Below, piece after piece: positions 51,156 to 63,300 of a DNA stretch of 64,000 bases (within the stretch, counting starts at the first letter, position 1; every line of letters starts with the position of its first letter). A program made the translations under genes and the position numbers. The notes beneath the pieces are model-generated. The model had not been told where the DNA came from, ran no database searches, and worked only from the letters and a program-made list of their open reading frames with translations. Source of the stretch: Monocercomonoides exilis PA203 (Eukaryota > Protista > Preaxostyla); NCBI GenBank assembly GCA_001643675.2, contig LSRY02000025.1:1272747-1336746 (forward strand), read 5' to 3'.

Positions 51156-51482
51156 AAAATTAGATTTATTTTGAAATCTGAGAAAGTGAAATGAAGTTAT
51201 GAGTGAAGCATTTTTTTCATGCTTTGTGCAAAAAAAGCTTGAAAGACCATATTTTCCCCCAAATGAATTTTCAGTCATTTTTCAGTTAAAACAGATAATA
51301 TTTTTTTTCTCTCCAAAGAGAAGTCTGACAACAATTCCACCTATCAACATCATCAAGTCAACAATCCATGGATATTTATGTGAATTATCCTCAGGATCAA
51401 CCATGAGCTTCTCAAGATCTGAGAGAGAAGTTGTCAACTCTGAAGGAGAAGTTATCCCCATTGTAACTTTGGTGTGACAGGA

Positions 51483-51609
51483 CATAGGGATAACTGGCTT
51501 GTGGCAGCCAAGCGTTCATAGCGACGTTGCTTTTTGATTCTTCGATGTCGGCTCTTCCTATCATTGCGAAGCAGAATTCGCCAAGTGTTGGATTGTTCAC
51601 CCACTAACA

Positions 51610-51647
<38 letters not shown>

Positions 51648-52490
51648 TAGTTTTACCCTACTGATTGCTAATAAAATTATTGTCAAGATGGTAATTCTAG
51701 TAAGTACGAGAGGAACCCTAGAATCGTATAATTGGCATTTGCGGTTAGTTGAGAAACTAGTGCCGCGAAGCTACCATACGTTAGATTATGACTGAACGCC
51801 TCTAAGTCAGAATCTATTCCAGATCTAGCTAATTAAGACAATTGAAGGATTATATTGATAATCTCCTGGGCATGTTTCCTGCAAAGGAAAGAATTGATTT
51901 TTAGATAAAAATAGAGATATGGAAATTAAGACCATGGCCATCGAGGATATTTGACAACCCTCCTATCTACGGTCGGCGACGATTGGATAAGGGAAGATCC
52001 TGTAATGGGATGTGTGTAAATGGGGTCATATCTTCTAGATGTTTGCTGTAGAATAACATATATGACTAGAATATATTGTGATGGGTCTTGTATCTCCTTT
52101 AAATGCCTTGTGGATCGAAGTTGGTATATAGACTGAGATTCTATATTATACTGCTTTGCAAGGGAGTAAATTTATAAGGAAATTGAGATATTTTATTTCC
52201 AAGTCGAGGATCTTGAAGGATTGGTTGTACCGCCTTTGAAAGATTTGGCCGGAACGGTTGGTCCAATAAAAACATTTGGTAGATGTATTTAAACGGATTT
52301 CATTAGTTTGGAATTAAACGTTTCATCTGCTGGACCATTTTTTTGCCTGGCTATTGTAAAGATAAATGAGAATATTGGTAAAGGGGTCATGCCTGAGAAG
52401 GACGGATTAGACGAATCCATGTTATCAGAGGGCTGTGCGTCTCAGAGTGTTTTGTTTGCACGATTTACTGAGGCTTAACTCTGAATATTG
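51483..52490 (+). rRNA. 5'-truncated 28S (LSU) rRNA: 3' half of domain V, sarcin-ricin loop and 3' end
   Basis: Conserved AGGGATAACTGGCTTGTGGCAGCCAAGCGTTCATAGCGACGTTGC, GATGTCGGCTCTTCC, GTGAGCTGGGTTTAGACCGTCG, AGTACGAGAGGAAC (SRL), GACTGAACGCCTCTAAGTCAGAATC. 3'-terminal-like CACGATTTACTGAGGCTTAAC at ~52460. The 3' end is approximate. Confidence 0.92.
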
Positions 52491-55400
52491 TCCAATTTAA
52501 TATTTTTTTTTTGATTAAGTAGGATAAGAAAAAAAAGTCCGTTAAATAACCCTCCCCACAAGTAAATGTTTTAAAATTCATAGATATTCTCTTTTCAGCT
52601 TGAAAACGTATGAATGATTGAATATAAAAACATTGAAATTGGACTTTGGTTGGAAAGCCTTAATAATACCATGGATGAAGTACTACCCCCCAAAATAAAT
52701 GTTTTTTTTGGGAAAGGAAAAAATAAATGGGAATTTGAGGGAATCCAATGTGGGAAAAAGTGAAAGGGTTTAAACAACAATGTGGTCATCCATTGTGGTT
52801 TAAATGATGAAAACTTTGAGTAATTTTTTTGTATGTTGACTTATGATATTAAGGTCAATTAAGATCGGAAAAATAGGTCAAAAATGACAGAAAATGAAAA
52901 AAGTTTCAATCCCTCTTTAAAGGAGAACTCCTTCAAAGATATGACGATATTAATCTTATTGGTTGATTTTCATTGAAAACCTTGAAGTTTTTTGAATCAA
53001 AAAATTGACTCAAGGATAACGATTTTGGGGGTCAGAAAAATGACTCTTTCAAAAAAAGTTTCTGACTTCAAAAAATAGAAAAAAGAGAAGGAAAATTAAG
53101 GAATAAGGAAGAAATAGCCTCAGGGGGTGGGGGCCGCGCGACAAACGCGGCAAAAGGGCGGGGAGCGAAAGCGACCGAACTTTTGCCGTGTGGCGCGTCG
53201 GCCATTGGGTGGGACTCTTTCCAATCAGAAAATGTCTTTATTTCTTTAAAAATAACACCCCCTGTGTATCTCTTTTATGATATACAAATTTGAGGGTTTT
53301 CAAATTTTTGTTGAAAAATTTTGCCGCTCCCCCCTTGAAATCCTTCAATTTTTATCTTTTATTTCTTTTTTTATGCTTAATGCGACCTTCTTCTTCAATT
53401 TTCGCGAGATGGATGAATATCTGCGCGCAGGATTGATGTGCGCAGATTTCATCCAGCGAGCGCTACAGGAGTAGTAGCGCGAGATGATGTGACACTGACC
53501 TCGCGGTTAGCGAGAAAATTTTGAAAAATAAACAAAAAAAAGGGGTCATTTTCTATTGAGAAAATCGATATTTTTATGTTATTTTTTATTAAAAAAATAG
53601 AATATTTTTCTGATAAAATATACTTTAAACTACTCTTCTTTTCTAATTTCTTGATATAATTTTTATAAAAATCTGATATGTGAACCTCAAGTTATGATCA
53701 ATTTTAATTTTTTTTCAAACTTTATAATTTTTTTAATTTTTTATTTTTTCATTTTTGATGAAAATTGAATGAAAGATGTGTAATATGATAGTATATAATA
53801 AGGTGTAATTAATGGAAGAATATTGTTAGTTGTGGTTGAATAATAATGAAAAACAACATTCTGAAATATCAACAAAAATAAGATACTTTTTTGTTTGCTC
53901 AGAACCAACCATCAATATCAAAGTTCTTTAATATTATTATCATCTATATTATATCTATTATGTTATATAAGAAAACCAATTGAATTCAACTATTCTTTAT
54001 GATGTTATAATTTTATTAAATCATTTTTATTTTTTAAAAATATTTTTTATCTCAACAACCAAGTGAGAAATTCCATCAAAAAAATTCATAAATAATGTTA
54101 ATATGATATAGTATATTATATAATTTTTTTATGTTAATCTGTTCATCATTTTTGGAATTAAAAAATATTTTCATTTTTTCCCTCTTTTTTTCAAGCAGAA
54201 ATTAATTTTTTTATTTTTTTGTAACTTTCAATTCATCTCAACTTTTTTATCAAATGAATAGTAATCATATAATATCTCTCCACTATTTTTATTTTTAAAG
54301 TTGAACAACATTTCATTTTTTTATAATTTTTTTCCATTTTTTTCCATAATTTTTTAAGTTAATTAATATTTTTCTTTTTATTCCATGAACAGATAAATTT
54401 GAAATAAATATTTTATATAGGTTATGAGGGGTGGGGAATGTGTTGGTGTATAGGGAGATTGGAAACAAACTGTTTTTGAGAAGTCGAATTCTTAACATAG
54501 AAAAATGGTTTTGATCTAGATCAAACATTTTTTCAAAAAAATATTTTTTTCATAAGAAGTAGGAATTAGTGGTTGATGAAAAGTTACGTATATGGGTAAT
54601 ATTATGAGAGGAATTGATTGATATTAAAATCAGAAATTAATCGATTCAAATTGTGGAATGATATGTTAAATATAATTTTTTCAGTCAAAATTTTGGAAAT
54701 TATTTTTAAAATATCTCAATAAATAAATTTTTCTAAGCTGTGAGACTTTACAGAAGTGTTAGTTGGACCATTTGTGAATTTTTGAAGTCAGGGTCAAAAA
54801 TTCGAAAAATGTGAAAAATTGATTTTTTCTGATTAAGTTGAATTTAGCTCAAGTTAGTCAGAAAAAATGAAAAATTGGTGAAAATCGGTTTTTATGAAAG
54901 TTGTGATCGAAAGTTATGAAAACACAAAAAGTTTGGATAATTCGCGAATAGTCCGCTGAATTTTTTTCTCGGGCCAGATTGGTCTGGTTAGTGAGAAAAT
55001 GTGATATGAAGATTTTGACTGAAAAAGTGGTGATCTTAGATCAACGACCGAAAAATATGGGGTCTCAGAATCCTTCGATAATTGGCAGGTTGCATGGACG
55101 TGGGCCCCTTATAAACATACTCGAATCTAAAATTTTTCTACCGAGCGGTTGTGGCAGGGCAGTGCGGACAAGTTGGTCATTTTGACTGAAAAATCGAAAA
55201 ATATTTTTTTTCTCGAAAATTTCAAAGTGGATATAAAATATGATTAGACACATGAATATGACTTCTAATGTTGTATATTGGTGATTTTTTGTTGGATACA
55301 CTTATCTGTAGTTTTTGAGTTATAATCGAATTTTTGAGTGAAAATGGTCATTTTTGAGGTAAATCGAGTATAACACCAGAAGTAATGGCCAGATAAATAT

Positions 55401-56139
55401 GATATTAATATATGATATATGTGCATATAGTGCGGTAATAGCATGCATATGGGAGTTGGTGGCGGGGGTCTGGCAGGCTGTCCAGAAAAGAAATATAAAT
55501 TTTGAAGGTGACTGGGGGTGCCTGGTTGGTGAAGTCACAGAGAGTGAACCAGGGGCAAGTGGCTGAATCGAAACACATATGACCGGCACAGTAACCCATG
55601 CCCGGATGTGGCCAAACGGCGTTTCGATCGGCCCAGTGGTTGCTGAGAAATACGAGTGGCTAGTTGTTTAAAGTTCAATGATCAAAAATTAGATAGAAAA
55701 GTGACTGGGGGGTATTGACTTGGGAATGCTGTAGAGAGTGAAGGGAGGGCAAGTAATCGGAGTTAGAGGGATATGTTGGGGATTGTTAGTGGGGATAGGA
55801 TGTGGTGTAATTGCTAAGATATCTGTCCAGTGGTTGCCAAGTTACCATATCAGCAATATTATTTTCCTATGAATATTGTATTTTTTCTATGTAATTTTTT
55901 CCTTGTAATTATGACTGCCCGACCTCGAGGTGCCATCTTTTTCGAAAAACTCACAGACTCAATTTGAGTTTGACTGAAAAAGGAGTTGAGTGGAGGATAT
56001 CTGTGGAAGGGCTGATGGGCAGGGCTGGCAAAGGCCACAGGGCAAGGAGCGAGTGAGGCGGGCTATGTGCTGGGCCTATGGCTGAGCAGGCCCTGTGGCT
56101 TGGCCTGGCTCTATCCCACATATACTGTATTTTCCCCAG

Positions 56140-56600
56140 TCAGAAAAAGTGACTGAGGGTACAATGTTCTGGTGGTTATAGAAACTCAGGTGTTGGAGCC
56201 AGAGCTCCAGAAACAAAAGTGACAGTGTGCGCACAGACTGTGGCTGCACGCTGGGCAGGGTGCTGCTGGGCGCCTGTGTATCCTTCTGGCTGGGTGGGTC
56301 AGACACTCACTTTTTTCACTGGGAAAACAGACTGGAAAACCATCTTCATTGGGGTGTATCTTTTTATCGGTCATAACTTACAGCTTGGCTGATGTGGGCA
56401 GAGTGGGCGTGTGGGCAGTGGCTACAAGGCTGGGTGGTGGGAGTGTGGCTGGGCTGGCTGGCTGGGCGGTGGTGTGAGAAAAAGTGAGTGAAAAATGACT
56501 GAGGGTACAATGTTCCAAGAGTCATATAGACTCAGGTGTTGGAGGGAGAGCTCCAGAAACAAAAGTGACGGTGTAGCGGGGGACCAGGGCTGTGCAGTGG
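56140..56600 (+). repeat. Two diverged direct repeats (~120 bp, at ~56140 and ~56490)
   Basis: TGACTGAGGGTACAATGTTC...ACTCAGGTGTTGGAG..AGAGCTCCAGAAACAAAAGTGAC occurs twice. Confidence 0.85.
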
Positions 56601-56695
56601 GCGGGGTCTGGTTTGTGGGCTGTGGGCCGGGCCGGCTGGGTGGGCTGTGCACTGGGTTTTGTTCAGTCACTTTCACTGAAAAAACCTCAAATATG

Positions 56696-57010
56696 GTAAA
56701 TGACCCCGGGTGCCCAGACCAGAAAATCCATCTTTTTCGAAAAACTCATAGACTCAACTTTACTACACTGAGGTTTCCTCGATTTTTGTGACTTTTGATA
56801 CTAGAAATACACTATGAAAATGGAATGCCTGAAAAACCTGCTTTGATACTAAAAAAAGGGATAATTACACTACGCCGAGTTTTTCGTTGTGTAGTGTAAT
56901 AAGGATGAATTTGATACTAGAAATTTCATCTCCTAGGAAAAGTGACCAAATTACACTACACTTCGAAAACCTCTGCGTAGTGTATTTTGAGATTTTTGAT
57001 ACTAGAAAGT
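56696..57010 (+). repeat. Left arm of a ~310-bp imperfect inverted repeat made of TACACTAC..GTAGTGTA hairpin motifs and TTTGATACTA boxes
   Basis: Reverse-complement similarity to 58910-59230. Confidence 0.8.
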
Positions 57011-57019
57011 TTTGTCAAT

Positions 57020-58800
57020 GAAATTTCTCTATGAAAAATACACTGTGGACCCCTCATGTTCACAGACTCATAGCGCCTCAGGGGCAAGTCAGCGAAACTT
57101 CTCGTTGCCATAGAGGGTCTCGCTGCACACTCGCTCTACACAATGGTCGTATCATCATTGGGCTCAGTTGGATTGCCTTGAAGTTACAAGGCAAATACTC
57201 ATATCTTTCCTATGAAAAACCCTTTCTCAATGATATTTTGCACTATGGACCCTGTATATTCCATGGGTCATAGGGAATTACCTTTAAGAGCTGGAAAGTT
57301 CTAGATGCCATAGGGCAAGTAGCTGTGCTCTTCGAGTATCCAATGGTAGTAACATCTTTGCCCTCGGTCCATATGCCTTTTCACAACACTCAATATACTG
57401 ACATCTTTGAATGAAAATGGTTCTTTTTTGATAGAGGACCCCTTGTGTTCCCACTCTCATATCTTTTGATCGGTCATAACTTACAGACATGCCAATGGTG
57501 CTGTGGCGTGGGCATGCCCTGCAGGTACAATGTGGCACACATTCGGCTGGTGGGCTGTGGCTGGGCCAAGGGCAGTGCCAGAAAAAGTGAGTATTTTCCA
57601 TTGACTTTTTGAGCGACTTGGACCCCCCTCATTGGCTGGCCTGTAGCGAATCACACAGGAATCTGGGAAAGTTCTCGATGCCATAGGGAAACTCGCTCCA
57701 CACTTGCTCTATCCATTGGTGCTATCGCCATTGAGATCCCTCAACTTCCCTTATATCTATGGTCGATATACTAGTATCCTTCCTATGAAAAACTCCTTTT
57801 CAATGAAATTTTAAACCAGGACCCCCTTATGTTTGTTGGATCATAGCTCCACAGGGTTAAGAGCTGGAAAGTTATAAATGTTATAGAGGGTCTAGCTGCA
57901 CACTGTGCCTAGCCAATGGCAGTATTCCCGTTGGCCTCCTATGTAATCCCTTTCCACTACACTCAATATACTACTATCTTTCCTATGAAAAAATTTCATT
58001 GAGAGAAAAAATTGACTGGTACCCCTTATGTGCCAACCCTTGTAGTGCCTCAGGCATGAGAGTGCGAGACTCGAAAATGTTATAGAGGGTCTAGCTATAC
58101 TCTCCCTCTATCCAATGGTGAAGGATCCAACAGGGTCAGTCTATTTGCCTTGGAGCTATAGGCAAAATACATGGACTTTTCATAGAAAAAGTGACTGACC
58201 TCCCCTGTGTTCCCACTCTCATATCTTTTTACTGGTCATAACTTACAGCCAAGCTGATATCACTGCAATGTGCCTACATACTGTGCCCACAATATGGCAC
58301 ACATCCAGTGTCTATGCCCTGCCTGTGTATTACACTGCAGCCATTATACTCACTTTTCATAGGGAAAGTTGACTCAGACCCCCTTATGTTCCAGCCCTTG
58401 TAGCTTGCCAGGCTTAAGAGCTGGAAAGTTCTAAATGCCATAGAGGGTCTAGCTCCTCACTCACTCTATCCAACTATCCCACTTGTAATCCCGCTACACT
58501 TATACCCTTTTCACTATACTCAATATACTAACATTTTTGTATGATTTTCCACTTTTTCATATAGGACCCACATGTCTTCCAACTCTTGTATCTTTTTCCT
58601 GGTCATAACTTACAGGCTAGCTGATGGTACCAGGCTGTGCGTATGCTCTGCCGCTACGCTCCCATAGGCATTCCACTCTGCTCCTCTGGCCACTCCAGCA
58701 GCACTGTGAGATAAAGTGAGTTTTGATAGGGGCATTTCGTATGGAAACATTGAAGAGGCCATAGCTCCTCAGGCTTAAGAGCTGGAAGGCTGGAACAAAA
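57020..58800 (+). repeat. About 9 degenerate ~190-bp tandem units
   Basis: Unit anchors (GACCCC/ACCCCTTATG-like) near 57048, 57249, 57437, 57621, 57820, 58021, 58197, 58377 and 58565, followed by recurring AGAGCTGGAAAGTT, CATAGAGGGTCTAGCT, CACTCAATATACT and CCTATGAAAA. Confidence 0.75.
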
Positions 58801-58909
58801 AACCAGATGAAAGGGAGTGAGGGCATACACAAGGTGGTGCAGTAGTGGCAAGGCTTTGGTGTGTCCCCATCCCAAGAAACACTATGGAAGGATACTAAAA
58901 ATTTTCATT

Positions 58910-59230
58910 GAGTTTTTTTTTAGTATCATTTTTGGGCATTTTCACTAGGCCGAGGTTTTCGCTTTGTAGTGTATTTGGGGCACTTTTGATACTAGCCGAT
59001 GTTTTCTAGTATCAAATTCATCCTTATTACACTACGCCGAGGTTTTCGGGGCGTAGTGTAATTTTGAGAATTTTTAGTATCAAAGCAGGTTTTTCGATGA
59101 CCTCGTTTTCGTAGTGTAATTCTAGTATGAAAAAAGGAAAAAAACGCGAAAACCTGGGCGTAGTGTAATTGAGTCTATGAGTTTTTTGGAAAAGATGGTG
59201 TTTGCTGTGCGGGCTGTCGGGGATTTTTAC
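58910..59230 (-). repeat. Right arm of the inverted repeat
   Basis: TAGTATCAAA boxes, TTACACTACGCCGAGGTTTTCGGGGCGTAGTGTAA and TTGAGTCTATGAGTTTTT mirror the left arm. Confidence 0.8.
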
Positions 59231-60378
59231 GGAAGTATACTTAGGGGGACACCCCCCGAAAAAATTTTTTTTCTGACTTCATTTTTTTTCGACAAAAGTT
59301 GTCTGGTGAGGATAGTCTGAGCCAGGGCTTATGTGATATGGGGTTAGTATAGAAGTGTGACTTGTATGTGAAACTCCATAGGGAAAAAAGTGGATTTTGA
59401 TAGAAAAATTTATATAGGGGGCTGTCTATAAGACTGAGGCATTGTGTAATAGTGGTCTATTGTATATATATGTATATAGTATTATGTCATATGTATAGCA
59501 AATAGGTGAGTAGGCTTTTAATGTTAAGGAAGATAGTATTAGGTTAGGGTTAGGTCGACCATGTGACAAAATGTTGATCTCCCATTAGTCTATCTTAACT
59601 GACTCCAACAATTTCTCATGTTTATTTTATTTATTTAATTAATTATATTGACATTTAACCCATTAAAATCAGAAATTAATTCAAAATTATTGTTGTTAAG
59701 TGATGGTTAGGGTTAAAGGCAGTTGAAATCTAACCTTCAATGAAAGGCACTTATAAATAATAATTTATTACAAAATTATCTAACAACTTTTCTATCATGA
59801 CTTATGAAAATATTTGATTTTCAGTGAAATATCAGTCAAAAAAGAAGTCAAAAATAAATTTTTTAAAAATGATTGAGGACAATGAGAAATATGATTGTAG
59901 GTTCGGGTTAGACCGTGCTGAACCTGATGATTGTTGGTGTAGTTTTTATGGTCATCTTATAGAAACTCAGGGAAATATTTGAATTTTTTAGTCATTTTTC
60001 AGTCATTTTTTGAGTTAATTTTATGGCAAAAAATTTGCCTTACCCCCGAGTTTCATGGGGGGCCCCCTATGAGCAGTATGTGGCCTTCGTAGAAGGCGGA
60101 CGCGGAGCGGACGCCTTCTAAAACCTCATTTCCTGCCTTTTCACAGGCATATCCCCCTGCAAAACAGACCCTTCTGTCTGGCCTAACCCACAAAAATCAA
60201 ATTTTCATAAATTCGTTCCTGGCCCCTGGGCATTTCATCTGACAACCCCCACACCACCCCCACACCCCCCATCCCCACTCACACTCCCACTGTATATATC
60301 TGTTATAATGTTAGAATAACCTTTGATTTTTAATGAATTTTTCTTGTCATTTTTCTGAGTGAAGAAAAACAATAAATA

Positions 60379-63300
60379 TAGGTTAGGTTAGGGTTAGGTT
60401 AGGTTAGGTTAGGTTAGGTTAGGTTAGGTTAGGGTTAGGGTTAGGTTAGGTTAGGGTTAGGGTTAGGGTTAGGTTAGGTTAGGTTAGGGTTAGGGTTAGG
60501 GTTAGGGTTAGGGTTAGGGTTAGGTTAGGGTTAGGTTAGGGTTAGGGTTAGGGTTAGGGTTAGGGTTAGGGTTAGGGTTAGGTTAGGTTAGGGTTAGGTT
60601 AGGGTTAGGTTAGGTTAGGTTAGGGTTAGGGTTAGGGTTAGGGTTAGGGTTAGGGTTAGGGTTAGGGTTAGGGTTAGGGTTAGGGTTAGGGTTAGGGTTA
60701 GGTTAGGTTAGGTTAGGTTAGGTTAGGGTTAGGGTTAGGGTTAGGGTTAGGGTTAGGGTTAGGGTTAGGTTAGGGTTAGGGTTAGGTTAGGGTTAGGGTT
60801 AGGGTTAGGGTTAGGGTTAGGGTTAGGGTTAGGGTTAGGGTTAGGGTTAGGGTTAGGGTTAGGGTTAGGGTTAGGGTTAGGGTTAGGGTTAGGGTTAGGG
60901 TTAGGGTTAGGGTTAGGGTTAGGGTTAGGGTTAGGGTTAGGGTTAGGGTTAGGGTTAGGGTTAGGGTTAGGGTTAGGGTTAGGGTTAGGGTTAGGGTTAG
61001 GGTTAGGGTTAGGGTTAGGGTTAGGGTTAGGGTTAGGGTTAGGGTTAGGGTTAGGGTTAGGGTTAGGGTTAGGGTTAGGGTTAGGTTAGGGTTAGGGTTA
61101 GGGTTAGGGTTAGGGTTAGGGTTAGGGTTAGGTTAGGGTTAGGTTAGGGTTAGGGTTAGGGTTAGGGTTAGGGTTAGGGTTAGGGTTAGGGTTAGGGTTA
61201 GGGTTAGGGTTAGGGTTAGGGTTAGGGTTAGGGTTAGGGTTAGGGTTAGGGTTAGGGTTAGGGTTAGGGTTAGGGTTAGGGTTAGGGTTAGGGTTAGGGT
61301 TAGGGTTAGGGTTAGGGTTAGGGTTAGGGTTAGGGGTTAGGGTTAGGGTTAGGGTTAGGGTTAGGGTTAGGGTTAGGGTTAGGGTTAGGGTTAGGGTTAG
61401 GGTTAGGGTTAGGGTTAGGGTTAGGGTTAGGGTTAGGGTTAGGGTTAGGGTTAGGGTTAGGGTTAGGGTTAGGGTTAGGGTTAGGGTTAGGGTTAGGGTT
61501 AGGGTTAGGGTTAGGGTTAGGGTTAGGGTTAGGGTTAGGGTTAGGGTTAGGGTTAGGGTTAGGGTTAGGGTTAGGGTTAGGGTTAGGGTTAGGTTAGGGT
61601 TAGGGTTAGGTTAGGGTTAGGGTTAGGGTTAGGGTTAGGGTTAGGGTTAGGGTTAGGGTTAGGGTTAGGGTTAGGGTTAGGGTTAGGGTTAGGGTTAGGG
61701 TTAGGGTTAGGGTTAGGGTTAGGGTTAGGGTTAGGGTTAGGGTTAGGGTTAGGGTTAGGGTTAGGGTTAGGGTTAGGGTTAGGGTTAGGGTTAGGGTTAG
61801 GGTTAGGGTTAGGGTTAGGGTTAGGGTTAGGGTTAGGGTTAGGGTTAGGGTTAGGGTTAGGGTTAGGGTTAGGGTTAGGGTTAGGGTTAGGGTTAGGGTT
61901 AGGGTTAGGGTTAGGGTTAGGGTTAGGGTTAGGGTTAGGGTTAGGGTTAGGGTTAGGTTAGGGTTAGGGTTAGGGTTAGGGTTAGGGTTAGGGTTAGGGT
62001 TAGGGTTAGGGTTAGGGTTAGGGTTAGGGTTAGGGTTAGGGTTAGGGTTAGGGTTAGGTTAGGGTTAGGGTTAGGGTTAGGGTTAGGGTTAGGGTTAGGG
62101 TTAGGGTTAGGGTTAGGGTTAGGGTTAGGGTTAGGTTAGGGTTAGGGTTAGGTTAGGGTTAGGGTTAGGGTTAGGGTTAGGGTTAGGTTAGGGTTAGGGT
62201 TAGGGTTAGGGTTAGGGTTAGGGTTAGGGTTAGGGTTAGGGTTAGGGTTAGGGTTAGGGTTAGGGTTAGGGTTAGGGTTAGGGTTAGGGTTAGGGTTAGG
62301 GTTAGGGTTAGGGTTAGGGTTAGGGTTAGGGTTAGGGTTAGGGTTAGGGTTAGGGTTAGGGTTAGGGTTAGGGTTAGGGTTAGGGTTAGGGTTAGGGTTA
62401 GGGTTAGGGTTAGGGTTAGGGTTAGGGTTAGGGTTAGGGTTAGGGTTAGGGTTAGGGTTAGGGTTAGGGTTAGGGTTAGGGTTAGGGTTAGGGTTAGGGT
62501 TAGGGTTAGGGTTAGGGTTAGGGTTAGGGTTAGGGTTAGGGTTAGGGTTAGGGTTAGGGTTAGGGTTAGGGTTAGGTTAGGGTTAGGGTTAGGGTTAGGG
62601 TTAGGGTTAGGGTTAGGGTTAGGGTTAGGGTTAGGGTTAGGGTTAGGGTTAGGGTTAGGGTTAGGGTTAGGTTAGGGTTAGGTTAGGGTTAGGGTTAGGG
62701 TTAGGGTTAGGGTTAGGGTTAGGGTTAGGGTTAGGGTTAGGGTTAGGGTTAGGGTTAGGGTTAGGGTTAGGGTTAGGGTTAGGTTAGGGTTAGGGTTAGG
62801 GTTAGGGTTAGGGTTAGGGTTAGGTTAGGGTTAGGGTTAGGGTTAGGGTTAGGGTTAGGGTTAGGTTAGGGTTAGGGTTAGGGTTAGGGTTAGGGTTAGG
62901 GTTAGGGTTAGGGTTAGGGTTAGGGTTAGGGTTAGGGTTAGGGTTAGGGTTAGGGTTAGGGTTAGGGTTAGGGTTAGGGTTAGGGTTAGGGTTAGGGTTA
63001 GGGTTAGGGTTAGGGTTAGGGTTAGGGTTAGGGTTAGGGTTAGGGTTAGGGTTAGGGTTAGGGTTAGGTTAGGGTTAGGGTTAGGGTTAGGTTAGGGTTA
63101 GGTTAGGGTTAGGGTTAGGGTTAGGGTTAGGGTTAGGGTTAGGGTTAGGGTTAGGTTAGGGTTAGGGTTAGGGTTAGGGTTAGGGTTAGGGTTAGGGTTA
63201 GGGTTAGGGTTAGGGTTAGGGTTAGGGTTAGGGTTAGGGTTAGGGTTAGGTTAGGGTTAGGGTTAGGGTTAGGGTTAGGGTTAGGGTTAGGGTTAGGGTT

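Larger units (their letters stand above)
52490..60378. other. rDNA 3' spacer-like / telomere-associated sequence with hairpins and subrepeats
   Basis: No credible coding sequence; lies between the LSU 3' end and the telomere; contains the repeat families listed separately. Confidence 0.7.

Noticed and set aside
51412-51600. Minus-strand ORF (MIGRADIEESKSNVAMNAWLPQASYP)
   Set aside because: Spurious antisense translation of 28S rRNA
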